Source: Spirochaetia bacterium
Lineage (GTDB): Bacteria; Spirochaetota; Spirochaetia; CAKZLE01
Assembly: GCA_963677595.1 (NCBI GenBank)
Contig: OY782041.1
Location: 2,656,001-2,720,000 of the forward strand
Length of the DNA stretch: 64,000 nucleotides
Direction of reading: 5' to 3'
Made by a program: the position numbers and the translations under genes. Below, in pieces: positions 27,674 through 37,677 of the stretch; within the stretch, counting starts at the first letter, position 1; each line of letters begins with the position of its first letter. The notes beneath the pieces are model-generated. The model had not been told where the DNA came from, made no database searches, and worked only from the letters and a program-made list of their open reading frames with translations.

Positions 27674-28840
27674 ATGATGAAGAGACTACTACTGATAACC
27701 ATGATGATCTGTGTGATCGGGATACCGGCAGTGACTGCTGAGGGGACGGGGTTTGTCCTTGACTCCTTCGATATCAACAATGATGTGCTCGGCGGGGCCC
27801 TGCCGACCTACCTCACCTCAGGTTCACGATTCTCGCTCCCGTCGCTCATCGACGGGAACAACACCGACCTGCTCTTCATCACCGGGGGCGGGTATACCCA
27901 GAGACAGGTGTGGCGGGAGGCAGACGGTACGGTCCTTGACGTCAATATCTATCCGACTGCAGTTGATGCCCTGGATGATGTTGACAACCGTAAGTTCAAT
28001 GCGATCACCGGTGAATGGAAGCTCCTCTTCAACCAGGGGATCTTCTGGAACGATGCCACCGATGATGACCTGATGACCCTGGAGGTCGGCTACAAGGGAC
28101 GGTTCGAACGGTACCAGGAGAATGTGGGGGACTTGACAGGCAATACCTATTTCTTCGATCCTGCCTCAACGGTCTATACCGAATCCGAGCATGAGCTTCT
28201 CTCCAACACCCTGACCGCAGGCTTCACCCTCGATGCTGTGGTGAGCGACATGGTCACTGCCAGCGGGGTAGGAGTGGAGATCTCCGCAGATTACGCCCCG
28301 CTGTGGATGCTCAATGAACTTCTCGATACTGGCAAGGGCGTGGACTACTACAGCGTCTATGCCAACATCGAGGGGTACCTGCCGCTGATGCAGATCCTCA
28401 CCAAGGACGAGTCGAAGAACCTCTTCGCCATGTACTTAGCTGACCGGATCCGTGTCGACTACATCGACGGGGACGCAGTCCCGGTCTATGCACAGAAGTA
28501 CCCGTCCCTCGGCTACAAGATGAGGGGTTTCGAGGACTATAGCTATGCGACCAATTTCAATGCTGTGAATAACTTTGACTTCCGGATGACCGGGCCTGAG
28601 CTGATCGAGGGACTCTTCCCGAGACTCAACGTCTTCTGTGATGTCGGTTATTATATGGGACACTACCTGAATGATCTCCTGAACACAGACGAGGGACTCC
28701 TGATCTCAGCAGGCGGCGAGTTCGCCATCTCGGTCTTCGATTTCCTCAATGCTGGTATCCGTGCAAACTATGTCTTCAGCGGCGACCCGCTGACGCAGTC
28801 ACCGTTCAGCACCGATATCTTCACTGCCCTCAAATTCTGA
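27674..28840 (+). CDS. Probable outer-membrane beta-barrel protein
   Basis: Signal peptide; alternating beta-strand pattern; KMRGFE loop reminiscent of Omp85 RGF; terminal Phe. Confidence 0.65.
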   Translation: MMKRLLLITMMICVIGIPAVTAEGTGFVLDSFDINNDVLGGALPTYLTSGSRFSLPSLIDGNNTDLLFITGGGYTQRQVWREADGTVLDVNIYPTAVDALDDVDNRKFNAITGEWKLLFNQGIFWNDATDDDLMTLEVGYKGRFERYQENVGDLTGNTYFFDPASTVYTESEHELLSNTLTAGFTLDAVVSDMVTASGVGVEISADYAPLWMLNELLDTGKGVDYYSVYANIEGYLPLMQILTKDESKNLFAMYLADRIRVDYIDGDAVPVYAQKYPSLGYKMRGFEDYSYATNFNAVNNFDFRMTGPELIEGLFPRLNVFCDVGYYMGHYLNDLLNTDEGLLISAGGEFAISVFDFLNAGIRANYVFSGDPLTQSPFSTDIFTALKF

Positions 28841-28860
28841 TAAGCCGTTATCATCATATG

Positions 28861-28888
28861 GAACAGGCCCCTCTTGCGGGGCCTGTTC
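28861..28888. terminator. Hairpin between convergent genes
   Basis: GAACAGGCCCC-TCTTGC-GGGGCCTGTTC. Confidence 0.7.
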
Positions 28889-28890
28889 TG

Positions 28891-29538
28891 TTAGTCCCTG
28901 CTGTCGGGGTAGGTGACGGTCTTCTCGAAGCCGAGGTCCGCAAGGAGCTTCTCGGTGGAATCCCGCTCATCCTGCGGTACCCACCTGACGGAGATTCGAA
29001 TGAGCCTGCTCTCCGTGATCTCGGCAAAGGGCTGCAGGTCCTTCTCCTGCAGGCGGCTGTAGACCTTCATAGCCGTCTCTACCGATGAGTATGCCCCGAT
29101 CTGTATCCTGACCAGTTCTGCATCCTCAGCCCGGTCGTAGGCGGATTCAGGGCTCTCGGGCCTGAAGAGGACTTCGAGGGTCACCTCCGAGATCCCGTCC
29201 TCTACCATGTCGATCGCTTCAGCGGCTGCCATGGAGAGGTCGATGATTCGCTCCCCCACATAGGGGCCCCGGTCATTGATCCGGACTTCCACCTGCAGTC
29301 CATTCTTCAGGTTCGTCACCCTGACGACCGTCCCGAAGGGCAGCTCCTTATGGGCTGCCGAGATCGTATGGGTATCGAAGACCTCCCCGTTAGCCGTGAG
29401 CTTCCCCTGGAACTCACCGGCATACCAGGAGGCGATCCCCTGCTGGTAGATCTCTGCTCCCACCGCCGAGGCAGCGAGACACGGGAAGAGGAGAAGGATA
29501 CATAGGGAGATGATCATGCTGTTGGCTTTCCTGTTCAT
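28891..29538 (-). CDS. rlpA: Septal ring lytic transglycosylase RlpA with SPOR domain
   Basis: GIASWY, TANGE, AAHKELPFGT, VRINDRGP, RIIDLS; C-terminal IQIGAY. Confidence 0.92.
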   Translation of the reverse strand: MNRKANSMIISLCILLLFPCLAASAVGAEIYQQGIASWYAGEFQGKLTANGEVFDTHTISAAHKELPFGTVVRVTNLKNGLQVEVRINDRGPYVGERIIDLSMAAAEAIDMVEDGISEVTLEVLFRPESPESAYDRAEDAELVRIQIGAYSSVETAMKVYSRLQEKDLQPFAEITESRLIRISVRWVPQDERDSTEKLLADLGFEKTVTYPDSRD

Positions 29539-29593
29539 GGATGCAATAGTATCCGCTGTAGAGAATAAAATCAAACGAATACTGATGATGATG

Positions 29594-29622
29594 TTGCGCA
29601 AATCCTTACACCTCAGTATAAT
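29594..29622 (+). promoter_or_regulatory. sigma70 promoter of lysS (near-leaderless)
   Basis: TTGCGC-17-TATAAT, 8 nt before ATG, no SD. Confidence 0.65.
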
Positions 29623-29630
29623 CCGGCAGT

Positions 29631-31217
29631 ATGAGTGATAAGAGCAACCAACCAAGATCAGTACACTGGGCGGATATAAACGCCGACAAGATTATCAGGG
29701 AGCGACGCGGGAAGGACCACTTCACCTGCGCCTCCGGGGTGACCCCATCGGGGACCGTCCATATCGGGAACTTCAGGGAGATCATCTCCGTGGAGCTGGT
29801 CGCACGGGCCCTGAAGGAAAAGGGAGAGAACGTCAGGTTCATCTTCTCCTGGGACGACTATGACGTCTTCAGGAAGGTCCCGAAGAACATGCCTGAACCG
29901 GAGCTGCTGGAGACCTATCTCCGCAAGCCGATCACCATGGTTCCCGATACCCGCGGGGAATTCGAGAGCTATGCCGAGTATAATGAGAAAGAACTCGAGG
30001 GACTCCTCCATATCGTGGGGGTGCATCCGGAATATATCTACCAGGCCTCCAGGTACCAGGCATCGGACTATGCTGCCGGGATCAGGACCGCGCTTGAGAA
30101 GAAGGATGAGATCAGGGCCTGCCTCGATGAGCACCGGACGAACCCGCTGCCCGAGGACTGGTGGCCGGTCTCGGTCTTCAGCTCCTTCACCCAGAAGGAT
30201 ACCACGACCATCCTCGGGTGGGACGGGGAGTGGGGAGTGACCTACCGCTGTGATGAGACCGGGAACGAGGAGACCGTGGACCTTCGGGAGACCTCGATCG
30301 TGAAGCTCCCGTGGCGTGTGGACTGGCCGATGCGCTGGGCCTTAGAGGGCGTGGACTTCGAGCCCGCAGGGAAGGACCACCATTCAGAGGGCGGTTCCTT
30401 CGATACCTCGAAGAACGTCGTGAAGGTCTTCGGCGGCGAAGCCCCGGTGACCTTCCAGTACGACTTCATCAGGATCAAGGGCCGCGGCGGCAAGATCTCC
30501 TCATCTTCAGGGGAGGTCATCAGCCTCCGCGACGTGCTCGAGATCTACCAGCCGGAGATCATCAGGTACCTCTTCGTCAGCACCAGGCCGAACACCGAGT
30601 TCGCCATCTCGTTCGACCTCGATGTCCTCAAGATCTACGAGGACTACGATAAGTGCGAGCGGGTATACTACGGCCTGCAGTCGATGAACGAGAAGAAGAA
30701 GGCGAAGGAAGTCCGTAACTATGAGCTCTCCCAGGTCGGGGAGGTCCCTGAGGAGATCCCCTACCAGATCCAGATCAGGCACCTGTGCAACATCCTCCAG
30801 AGTAACGAAGGCGATATCGAGGCCGTGATCGCCTCCTTGCCGGATGTGAAGGAGGCACAGGTCCCGAGACTGCGGAACCGATGCGAATGCGCATGGAACT
30901 GGGTGAGGAACTTCGCACCCGAGGACTTCCGCTTCTCACTCAACAAGCCCGGGACCGTGAGCCTCGAGATGAGTGATGCCGAGCATGCGGCAGTCGCGGG
31001 TCTGGCGGAAGAGGTGAAGAAGATCGATTCCCATGATGAGAAAAGCATGGCGGAGGCGATCTATGAGGTCGCCCATGCCAATGAGGTCGAGCCGACCGAG
31101 CTCTTCCGGATCGCCTACCAGCTCCTCATCAGCAAGGAGAAGGGGCCTCGGCTCGCAGGCTTCATCATGCTCTGCGGCAAGGAGAAGGTACTTCCCATTC
31201 TGGAAGCTTCCCTATAG
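29631..31217 (+). CDS. lysS: Lysine--tRNA ligase, class I
   Basis: HWAD, SGVTPSGTVHIGNFRE, WRVDWPMRW, EPAGKDH, KISSS, KGPRL. Confidence 0.97.
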   Translation: MSDKSNQPRSVHWADINADKIIRERRGKDHFTCASGVTPSGTVHIGNFREIISVELVARALKEKGENVRFIFSWDDYDVFRKVPKNMPEPELLETYLRKPITMVPDTRGEFESYAEYNEKELEGLLHIVGVHPEYIYQASRYQASDYAAGIRTALEKKDEIRACLDEHRTNPLPEDWWPVSVFSSFTQKDTTTILGWDGEWGVTYRCDETGNEETVDLRETSIVKLPWRVDWPMRWALEGVDFEPAGKDHHSEGGSFDTSKNVVKVFGGEAPVTFQYDFIRIKGRGGKISSSSGEVISLRDVLEIYQPEIIRYLFVSTRPNTEFAISFDLDVLKIYEDYDKCERVYYGLQSMNEKKKAKEVRNYELSQVGEVPEEIPYQIQIRHLCNILQSNEGDIEAVIASLPDVKEAQVPRLRNRCECAWNWVRNFAPEDFRFSLNKPGTVSLEMSDAEHAAVAGLAEEVKKIDSHDEKSMAEAIYEVAHANEVEPTELFRIAYQLLISKEKGPRLAGFIMLCGKEKVLPILEASL

Positions 31218-31268
31218 AATAGCGAATGGTACCCATGACGTCTCTTGTCGTGTGTATGTGTGTATATT

Positions 31269-31310
31269 GTGAGCAGGGAGGGGCTGTCAGTCATCCCTGC
31301 TCACGTTTTT
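31269..31310 (+). terminator. Rho-independent terminator after lysS
   Basis: GTGAGCAGGGA...TCCCTGCTCAC followed by a T-run. Confidence 0.65.
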
Positions 31311-32061
31311 ATCTGCCCATCATCCCTGAATAGACATCAGTTGAATAGATGAACTCGACCGTGCCATCCTGCTGGTACTGCCTGAACAGCCCTTCCAGTG
31401 CGGACTTGAACGCTTTATACCCTGACTGCGTCGGTGCAGGGGTATAGGACGAGGAGAAGACCCTCCCAAGGAATCCCCCCAGGCTAAAGCGCTGGCTGTT
31501 CGGGAAGGAGGCCTTATCGTACCCGTTCCCCAGGAAGTCCTGGATCTCATCATCGGTTATCTTTTGGTGGTTTGCCGTCGTGTAATCGGGACAATGGCCC
31601 TTGAGCAGCTGGTCGTAATCCTGCATGAACGAGGAGTCTCTCACTCTCCGATTCCAGATGAGGAATACCAATCCCCCTGGTTTCAGGATACGTGTAAACT
31701 CAAGCTTGCAGGCCTCACGGTCGAACCAGTGGAAGGACTGTGCCGCGGTGATGAGATCGAGCGAGCTGTCGGGTAATGTGGTCCTCTCCGCTGGTGCGGC
31801 TACTGAATGGAAGCGGGGTTCTTTCCCCAGCACCGATTCCGCATACCCACGCATCTCGTCATTAGGTTCCAGGGCAAAGACCTCTACACCCTTGGCGAGG
31901 AGCAGCGAGGTAAGGATCCCCGTCCCTGATCCTGCATCACACAGGCTGAGAGTCCTCTCTTTCCCGGAATCCAGGATGTACCCGATTGCCTCATCCGGAT
32001 AGCCCGGCCGGTAGCGTGCATAATCTGCCACCCTGTCTGAGAAACGTTTCGTGCTCTCCAT
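31309..32061 (-). CDS. Class I SAM-dependent methyltransferase
   Basis: RFSDRVADYARYRPGYP, DAGSGTG, AQSFHWFD. Confidence 0.92.
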   Translation of the reverse strand: MESTKRFSDRVADYARYRPGYPDEAIGYILDSGKERTLSLCDAGSGTGILTSLLLAKGVEVFALEPNDEMRGYAESVLGKEPRFHSVAAPAERTTLPDSSLDLITAAQSFHWFDREACKLEFTRILKPGGLVFLIWNRRVRDSSFMQDYDQLLKGHCPDYTTANHQKITDDEIQDFLGNGYDKASFPNSQRFSLGGFLGRVFSSSYTPAPTQSGYKAFKSALEGLFRQYQQDGTVEFIYSTDVYSGMMGR

Positions 32062-32231
32062 GATCACTCCTTCTCCTGTACTATAGCATGGCCAGTCCTT
32101 CTGGGATTCAATTGCCGTAAAGAAATTCTCAGTTTCTTGTGTTTGGGCTCTTGATTTTTTTCTGAAACAGGAATACACCAGAAGCAAGAGAGAGAAAATA
32201 ACGGAAAATAGCGGAAGTTATTGGAGCTTAT

Positions 32232-32933
32232 ATGGAAGATACAGTCATGATACTATCCGAAGTGGCAGAGTACCTCAAGTTCTCTGAGAAGACGATCCTC
32301 AAGATGGCGAAGGAGAATCGCATCCCCTGTACCCGTATCGGGAACCAGTGGAGGTTCTACCGGCCCCTCCTCGATAAATGGCTGGTATCAGGGATAGATT
32401 TCAGCACTCCTCGACAGACTGAGGACCAGCTTTCCGAGGATCAACTGCTCGTCCCGCTCTCACGCCTTTACCGGGAGGAGTTGACCGTCCTTGATGTGGA
32501 ACCGGGAAGCAGGGTCCATATCCTCCGGCAGTTGATCAAGCCCGTCCTGGAACAGGAAACGGGGATCGAGGGTGACGACCTGCTCGAGGGACTCTATGAG
32601 CGAGAGCGGCTCAACCCGACTGCCGTTGGCCATGGGATCGCCATCCCCCACCTGAGGACCCCGTCAGTCCAGTTGTCCTCAGGGCCCTCTTTCATCGTGG
32701 GGATCTGTCCCGAGGGTACCGATTTCAAGGCGCCGGACGGGAAACCTGTCAGGCTGTTCTTCCTGATCCTAACCCAGAACGAGAAGACACATATCCGTAT
32801 CCTGTCACGGCTCATGCAGTTGTGCCGTGATGAGAATGTATGCACTAGACTGGTGCAGCAGAGCAGTGCCCGGGGCATAACAGAAGTGCTGCTGCAGCAG
32901 GAATACCAGAATCCCGGGAAGAGAGAGGAATAA
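32232..32933 (+). CDS. Excisionase-like HTH fused to a PTS EIIA (Ntr/Fru-type) domain
   Basis: LSEVAEYLK...IGNQWRF HTH; ERERLNPTAVGHGIAIPH EIIA motif. Confidence 0.9.
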   Translation: MEDTVMILSEVAEYLKFSEKTILKMAKENRIPCTRIGNQWRFYRPLLDKWLVSGIDFSTPRQTEDQLSEDQLLVPLSRLYREELTVLDVEPGSRVHILRQLIKPVLEQETGIEGDDLLEGLYERERLNPTAVGHGIAIPHLRTPSVQLSSGPSFIVGICPEGTDFKAPDGKPVRLFFLILTQNEKTHIRILSRLMQLCRDENVCTRLVQQSSARGITEVLLQQEYQNPGKREE

Positions 32934-32936
32934 GAG

Positions 32937-33389
32937 ATGAACCTGAAGAACCTGATACGTCAAGAGCGCATATGCCTGCTCGAGGACACCAGGAAGAGCG
33001 AGGTGCTGATCCATATGTCAGAACTTGCCTGCAGCACATCTGATGAGATCACGGATCTCGAGGCACTCAAGAAGGACATCTTCTTCAGAGAAGAGCTGAT
33101 GAGCACTGGGATCGGCCTGGGACTCGGGGTCCCGCACCTGCGGATGGAGGGGCTCTCGGAGCCCGTGGTATGCATCGGCGTACAGAAGAAGGGGATCTAT
33201 GATTATCAGTCCCTCGATGAGGTGCCGGTGAAGGTGGTCCTGATGATCCTTGTCGGGAAGGAACAGCACAGGCAGTATATCAGGATCCTCTCACAGCTGA
33301 CGGGGATGATCAAGAACCGGGATCTCATCCCGCAGATCGCTGAGGCGGAGAGTGCAGAAGCAGTCTACCGCATCCTGGTGGAGGACTAA
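32937..33389 (+). CDS. PTS EIIA (Ntr/Fru-type) protein
   Basis: REELMSTGIGLGLGVPH. Confidence 0.92.
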   Translation: MNLKNLIRQERICLLEDTRKSEVLIHMSELACSTSDEITDLEALKKDIFFREELMSTGIGLGLGVPHLRMEGLSEPVVCIGVQKKGIYDYQSLDEVPVKVVLMILVGKEQHRQYIRILSQLTGMIKNRDLIPQIAEAESAEAVYRILVED

Positions 33390-33392
33390 GCT

Positions 33393-35066
33393 ATGTTCCA
33401 GTTCGATATCTCCCACCTTAACCTCCTGCTGCTGCTCGGGATCATCCTCTTCGGGGGGACACTTGGGGGAAGGCTCTTCCAGAAGATCAGGATCCCCCAG
33501 GTCGTTGGCTACATCATCATCGGCGTGGTCCTCGGGCAGTCGGTGCTCAAAGTGGTGAATGCCGACATGGTCGATGCCCTGCAGCCCTTGAGCTATTTCG
33601 CCCTCGCCCTGATCGGGTTCATGATCGGCGGCGAACTGAAGATCAAGGTGTTCAAGAAGTACGGCAGACAGTTCATCTGGATCCTGCTGCTTGAGGCCCT
33701 GGTAGCTTTCGTGGTCGTCGGGGTCCTGACGACGGTCACCCTGCTGCTGATCACGCATGACGTGAACAGGAGTATCGCACTCGGGCTGCTGCTCGGGGCG
33801 ATCTCCTCAGCGACTGCCCCTGCCGCGACCACGGACGTGCTGTGGGAGAACAAGACCCGAGGCCCCGTCACTTCGATCGTCCTGGGGATCGTCGCGATGG
33901 ATGACGGTATCGCCCTGATCCTCTTCGCGCTCACCTCGAGCATCGCAGGAGTCCTCGTCGGACAGAACACCCAGTCCTTAGGGCTCAATCTGCTCTCCCT
34001 GGTCTATGACATCGGCCTTTCGGTGATCCTCGGCTTTCTCTTCGGCTTCGTCCTGAGCCGGATCATCCGACGGTACCGCGATGATGACAAGATCCTCGCG
34101 TTCTCCCTCGGGTCGATCCTGCTGCTCATCGGGGTAGCTACCGCCCTCGATATTGACCTGATCCTGGCAGCGATGTCCATGGGGTTCTTCAAGACCAACT
34201 TTACGCCGAGGTCGAGCCAGTCGACCTTCAAACTGGTCGAACGGTTCACCCCGCCAATCTATGTGCTCTTCTTCGTGCTGGTAGGGGCGAAGATGGATTT
34301 CAGTGCCTTGAGTCCCTTCGTCCTGATCATGGCCGGCGTTTACCTCTTCGGCCGTACTGCGGGGAAATATATCGGGGCTTCACTGGGGGCGAGGATCTCG
34401 GGGGCTGTGGAGAGTGTTCGCAAGTATCTCCCGTTCTGCCTGCTCAGCCAGGCCGGTGTGGCTATCGGGCTCTCGATCATCGCAGGCCAAAGCTTCCCGG
34501 GTGATGTGGGCAATACGATTATCCTGATCGTTACGACCACCACCTTCGTCGTGCAGCTCATCGGTCCCCCTTCGGTGAAATATGCCGTGGAGAAGGCAGG
34601 AGAGGTCGGGCTGAACGTGACGGAAGAGGACATCATGAAGACCGGAAGCGTCTCTGACGTGCTTCCTGATAACCCTCCCTATTTCCTTGAGGGCACTCCC
34701 GCATCAAAGGTGCTCGAGGAGTTCAGCAGGAATGACAGTTTCTACTTCCCGGTCCTGCGGCAGGCGAAGGAGAAGAAGGAGCTCCTGGGGATCATTACGA
34801 TCGATTCGCTGAAGGATACCCTGTCCGATCTCGAGATGACCCAGTGGCTGCTGGCGCTTGATCTCGTCGAGGAGGTCGTCTGCACCGGTACCGATGACAA
34901 GAGCCTGCTTGAGGTCCGTGAGATCATGGGTAATAATTACGTGGAGTATCTCCCGATCATCGATGCCGGGGGAGACTATAAGGGGATCATCGAGGAACGG
35001 CTTATTCAGAAATATGTCAGCTCACGGATGCTGACAGCCCAGAAAGAATCAGAGAGGTTAGGCTAA
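33393..35066 (+). CDS. Cation:proton antiporter (CPA2-like) with C-terminal CBS pair
   Basis: RIPQVVGYI, ATAPAAT, AMDD, QAGVAIGL; C-terminal FPVL...LLGIIT and LPIID...GII. Confidence 0.9.
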   Translation: MFQFDISHLNLLLLLGIILFGGTLGGRLFQKIRIPQVVGYIIIGVVLGQSVLKVVNADMVDALQPLSYFALALIGFMIGGELKIKVFKKYGRQFIWILLLEALVAFVVVGVLTTVTLLLITHDVNRSIALGLLLGAISSATAPAATTDVLWENKTRGPVTSIVLGIVAMDDGIALILFALTSSIAGVLVGQNTQSLGLNLLSLVYDIGLSVILGFLFGFVLSRIIRRYRDDDKILAFSLGSILLLIGVATALDIDLILAAMSMGFFKTNFTPRSSQSTFKLVERFTPPIYVLFFVLVGAKMDFSALSPFVLIMAGVYLFGRTAGKYIGASLGARISGAVESVRKYLPFCLLSQAGVAIGLSIIAGQSFPGDVGNTIILIVTTTTFVVQLIGPPSVKYAVEKAGEVGLNVTEEDIMKTGSVSDVLPDNPPYFLEGTPASKVLEEFSRNDSFYFPVLRQAKEKKELLGIITIDSLKDTLSDLEMTQWLLALDLVEEVVCTGTDDKSLLEVREIMGNNYVEYLPIIDAGGDYKGIIEERLIQKYVSSRMLTAQKESERLG

Positions 35067-35962
35067 TGAAGTTGAAGAGTCTGTTAGACAGGGATTTTAT
35101 CAATCCAAGAGCGAAGGTATCCACGAAGGATGAGGCGATAGACCTGGTCCTCAAGCAGTTCTTCCACGGGTACAAGTTCAAGAAGAGCCAGGCGGAGATC
35201 AAGCAGGCTATCCTCGAACGTGAAGCCCTGGGAGGGACCCTGCTCGAGAACGGCATGGCGATCCCCCACGCACGGCTGGACGGGTTCAATGACCTGCTGA
35301 TCGGGATCGTGATCCCGGAGCAGCCCATCATCGATGAGGACGGGAGCGAGATCAACTCCCTCGTCATCTTCCTGACGACGAAGGCAGGTTCCACCATCTA
35401 CCTGCAGACACTGGCGAGCTTCGCCAGGCTTGCCATGGATGCGGAGAAGTTTGCATCCTTCCTCGCAAGCTCTACCCCTGCTGATGTGATCAGTTCACTG
35501 GATGGGTTCTATGTGGAGAAGGGGATGACAGTCGGGGACATCATGTCAGATAACCTCTTTACGATCAGGAAGGAGGAGACCCTGAAGGACCTAGCCGACC
35601 TCTTTTACAAGCATCGGATCAGCTATGTCCCCGTCGTGGACGGGCAGGACAGGCTGATCGGTGAGGTGAGCATGAGTGACCTGCTCAAGGTCGGGATCCC
35701 GAACTATGCCGTGATGATCGGCAATCTCGATTTCCTCTCCCATTTCGAACCCTTCGAGGAACTCCTCAATAACGAGGACAAGATACCGGTCGGCTCGATC
35801 ATGAGGAAGGTGACCCAGTCGATGAGGCTCGATACCTCCCTGATCGAGGCTGCGCTGATTCTGACCAAGTATGACAGGCGACATCTCCCCGTGGTCAAGG
35901 ACGGGAAGATCCTTGGTGTCGTGAGCTATATGGACCTGCTGAGCAAGGTTCTGAGGGCGTAG
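35066..35962 (+). CDS. PTS EIIA domain fused to a CBS pair
   Basis: EREALGGTLLENGMAIPHAR; VGDIMS, VPVVD, LPVVKDGKILGVVS. Confidence 0.9.
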   Translation: MKLKSLLDRDFINPRAKVSTKDEAIDLVLKQFFHGYKFKKSQAEIKQAILEREALGGTLLENGMAIPHARLDGFNDLLIGIVIPEQPIIDEDGSEINSLVIFLTTKAGSTIYLQTLASFARLAMDAEKFASFLASSTPADVISSLDGFYVEKGMTVGDIMSDNLFTIRKEETLKDLADLFYKHRISYVPVVDGQDRLIGEVSMSDLLKVGIPNYAVMIGNLDFLSHFEPFEELLNNEDKIPVGSIMRKVTQSMRLDTSLIEAALILTKYDRRHLPVVKDGKILGVVSYMDLLSKVLRA

Positions 35963-35990
35963 TGAGCCGTATATGAGGAGTGAGTAGCAT

Positions 35991-37268
35991 ATGTTTCATA
36001 TAATCCTGGCCGTTGCATTGTTCATCCTGGCGTTCCTGATGATAACGTTCGAGTGGATAAATAAGACGACTATCGTGCTTGTCGGGGCCGTGATCTATAT
36101 CTTCGCGGGCATCATCGAACAGGAGAGCGCGTTCGAGGCGATCGACTGGAACGTCATCTTCCTGCTCATCGGCATGATGATCATCGTGGGCATCACGAAG
36201 GAGACCGGTTTCTTCCAGTACATAGCGATCAAGTCCGCAAAGCTGGTGAAAGGAGACCCCATGCGGATCCTGCTGCTGCTGTCGGTCATCACGGCATTCT
36301 TCTCCGCCGTCCTCGACAACGTCACCACCATCCTGATCATCACGCCGGTGAGCATCCTCATCGCCGTCGAGTTGGGGATCTCCCCGCTGCCCTTCGTGAT
36401 CAGCAATGCCATCGCGTCGAATATCGGGGGGACGGCGACGCTCATCGGGGACCCTCCGAACATCCTGATCGGGAGCGCGGCAGACCTGAGCTTTATGGAC
36501 TTCATCATCAACACAGCCCCTGCTGCGCTGCTCTCGCTGGTCCTCTCCCTGGTCGTGGTATACCTCATCTTCCATAAGAAGCTGCATGTTAGCAATGAGA
36601 TGAAGGCGAGGATCATGGACTTCGACGAGACGAGGACCATCACGGACAAGGGACTGCTTGCCAAGTGTCTCGGCGTCATCGGCCTCACGATCATCGGTTT
36701 CGTCATCCATGGGGCCCTGAACCTCGAGCCGGCGACCATAGCCCTGGGCGGGGCTGCACTGCTCATGCTGCTGACCAATGAGCATGATGTGGACAAGTAC
36801 TTTCATGACATCGAGTGGGGAACGATCTTCTTCTTCATCGGACTGTTCATCCTGGTAGGCGGACTGGTAGAGCTGGGTGTCATCAAGACACTGGCGACGA
36901 AGGCGCTCGAATTTACCGGGGGGAACATCACAAGCACCTCCCTGCTGCTCGTCTGGATCTCCGGTGTCTTCTCGGCGTTCGTCGACAACATCCCCTATGT
37001 GGCCACGATGGTCCCGCTCGTGGGCGATATCGGGTCGCACCTTGGGGCTGAGGCTGTCGTCCCTCTCTGGTGGAGCCTTTCACTCGGTTCCTGTTTCGGC
37101 GGGAACGGGACCCTCATCGGGGCCTCTGCAAACGTCGTGAGTGCCGGGATCGCCGGAAAGAGTGGGTATAAGATCAGCTTCCTGGAGTTCACCAAATACG
37201 GTGCCCTGATCACCCTGATCTCCCTGGTCGTTTCGTCGGTGTACATCTATCTGAGGTTCCTGGTCTGA
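35991..37268 (+). CDS. ArsB/NhaD (IT superfamily) ion transporter
   Basis: LDNVTT, SNIGGTATLIGDPPN, VDNIP, GGNGTLIGASAN. Confidence 0.92.
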   Translation: MFHIILAVALFILAFLMITFEWINKTTIVLVGAVIYIFAGIIEQESAFEAIDWNVIFLLIGMMIIVGITKETGFFQYIAIKSAKLVKGDPMRILLLLSVITAFFSAVLDNVTTILIITPVSILIAVELGISPLPFVISNAIASNIGGTATLIGDPPNILIGSAADLSFMDFIINTAPAALLSLVLSLVVVYLIFHKKLHVSNEMKARIMDFDETRTITDKGLLAKCLGVIGLTIIGFVIHGALNLEPATIALGGAALLMLLTNEHDVDKYFHDIEWGTIFFFIGLFILVGGLVELGVIKTLATKALEFTGGNITSTSLLLVWISGVFSAFVDNIPYVATMVPLVGDIGSHLGAEAVVPLWWSLSLGSCFGGNGTLIGASANVVSAGIAGKSGYKISFLEFTKYGALITLISLVVSSVYIYLRFLV

Positions 37269-37332
37269 CATAGGGGTGACGGCTTCTAGAGGGCCTCTTG
37301 ATTATATCGGTGAATTATGTATGATGCAGGGC

Positions 37333-37677
37333 ATGGGAAAAGAACGGCCCTATACAGTCCGGCGGATCCTGCGGGTACAGCTCATTATTCTGATACTGCT
37401 GGAGATACTGTATGGTGTGGTGATTGGAACGGCTGGACTCCCGTGGATCCCCCACTTCCCGGCGATGGTGGTCTGCACGGCCTGCCTCATCCACGGCATG
37501 CTGGCCTTTGCGGTCCCTGAGCACAGGGTGTCAGACCATACACCTGGTCCTTCCGGGGAGAAGGACTCCCGGAAGATACAGAGACGGTTCACCAGGGGGA
37601 CGGCCTCGTTCATCACCAGTGCCGTCGCGATATGCTATGTGTTCTTCCTGCGGCTCCTGGGCTTCTGGCCTCAGTAG
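37333..37677 (+). CDS. Small hypothetical membrane protein (3 TM)
   Basis: Three hydrophobic segments; TTGATT-16-TATGAT 7 nt before ATG 37333. Confidence 0.6.
   Translation: MGKERPYTVRRILRVQLIILILLEILYGVVIGTAGLPWIPHFPAMVVCTACLIHGMLAFAVPEHRVSDHTPGPSGEKDSRKIQRRFTRGTASFITSAVAICYVFFLRLLGFWPQ

Noticed and set aside
31245-31270. TG-rich stretch after lysS
   Set aside because: Short low-complexity sequence with no regular unit or evident function.
32232-32400. Excisionase-like HTH as evidence of a prophage
   Set aside because: It is fused to a PTS EIIA domain within a transport operon, with no phage genes nearby.
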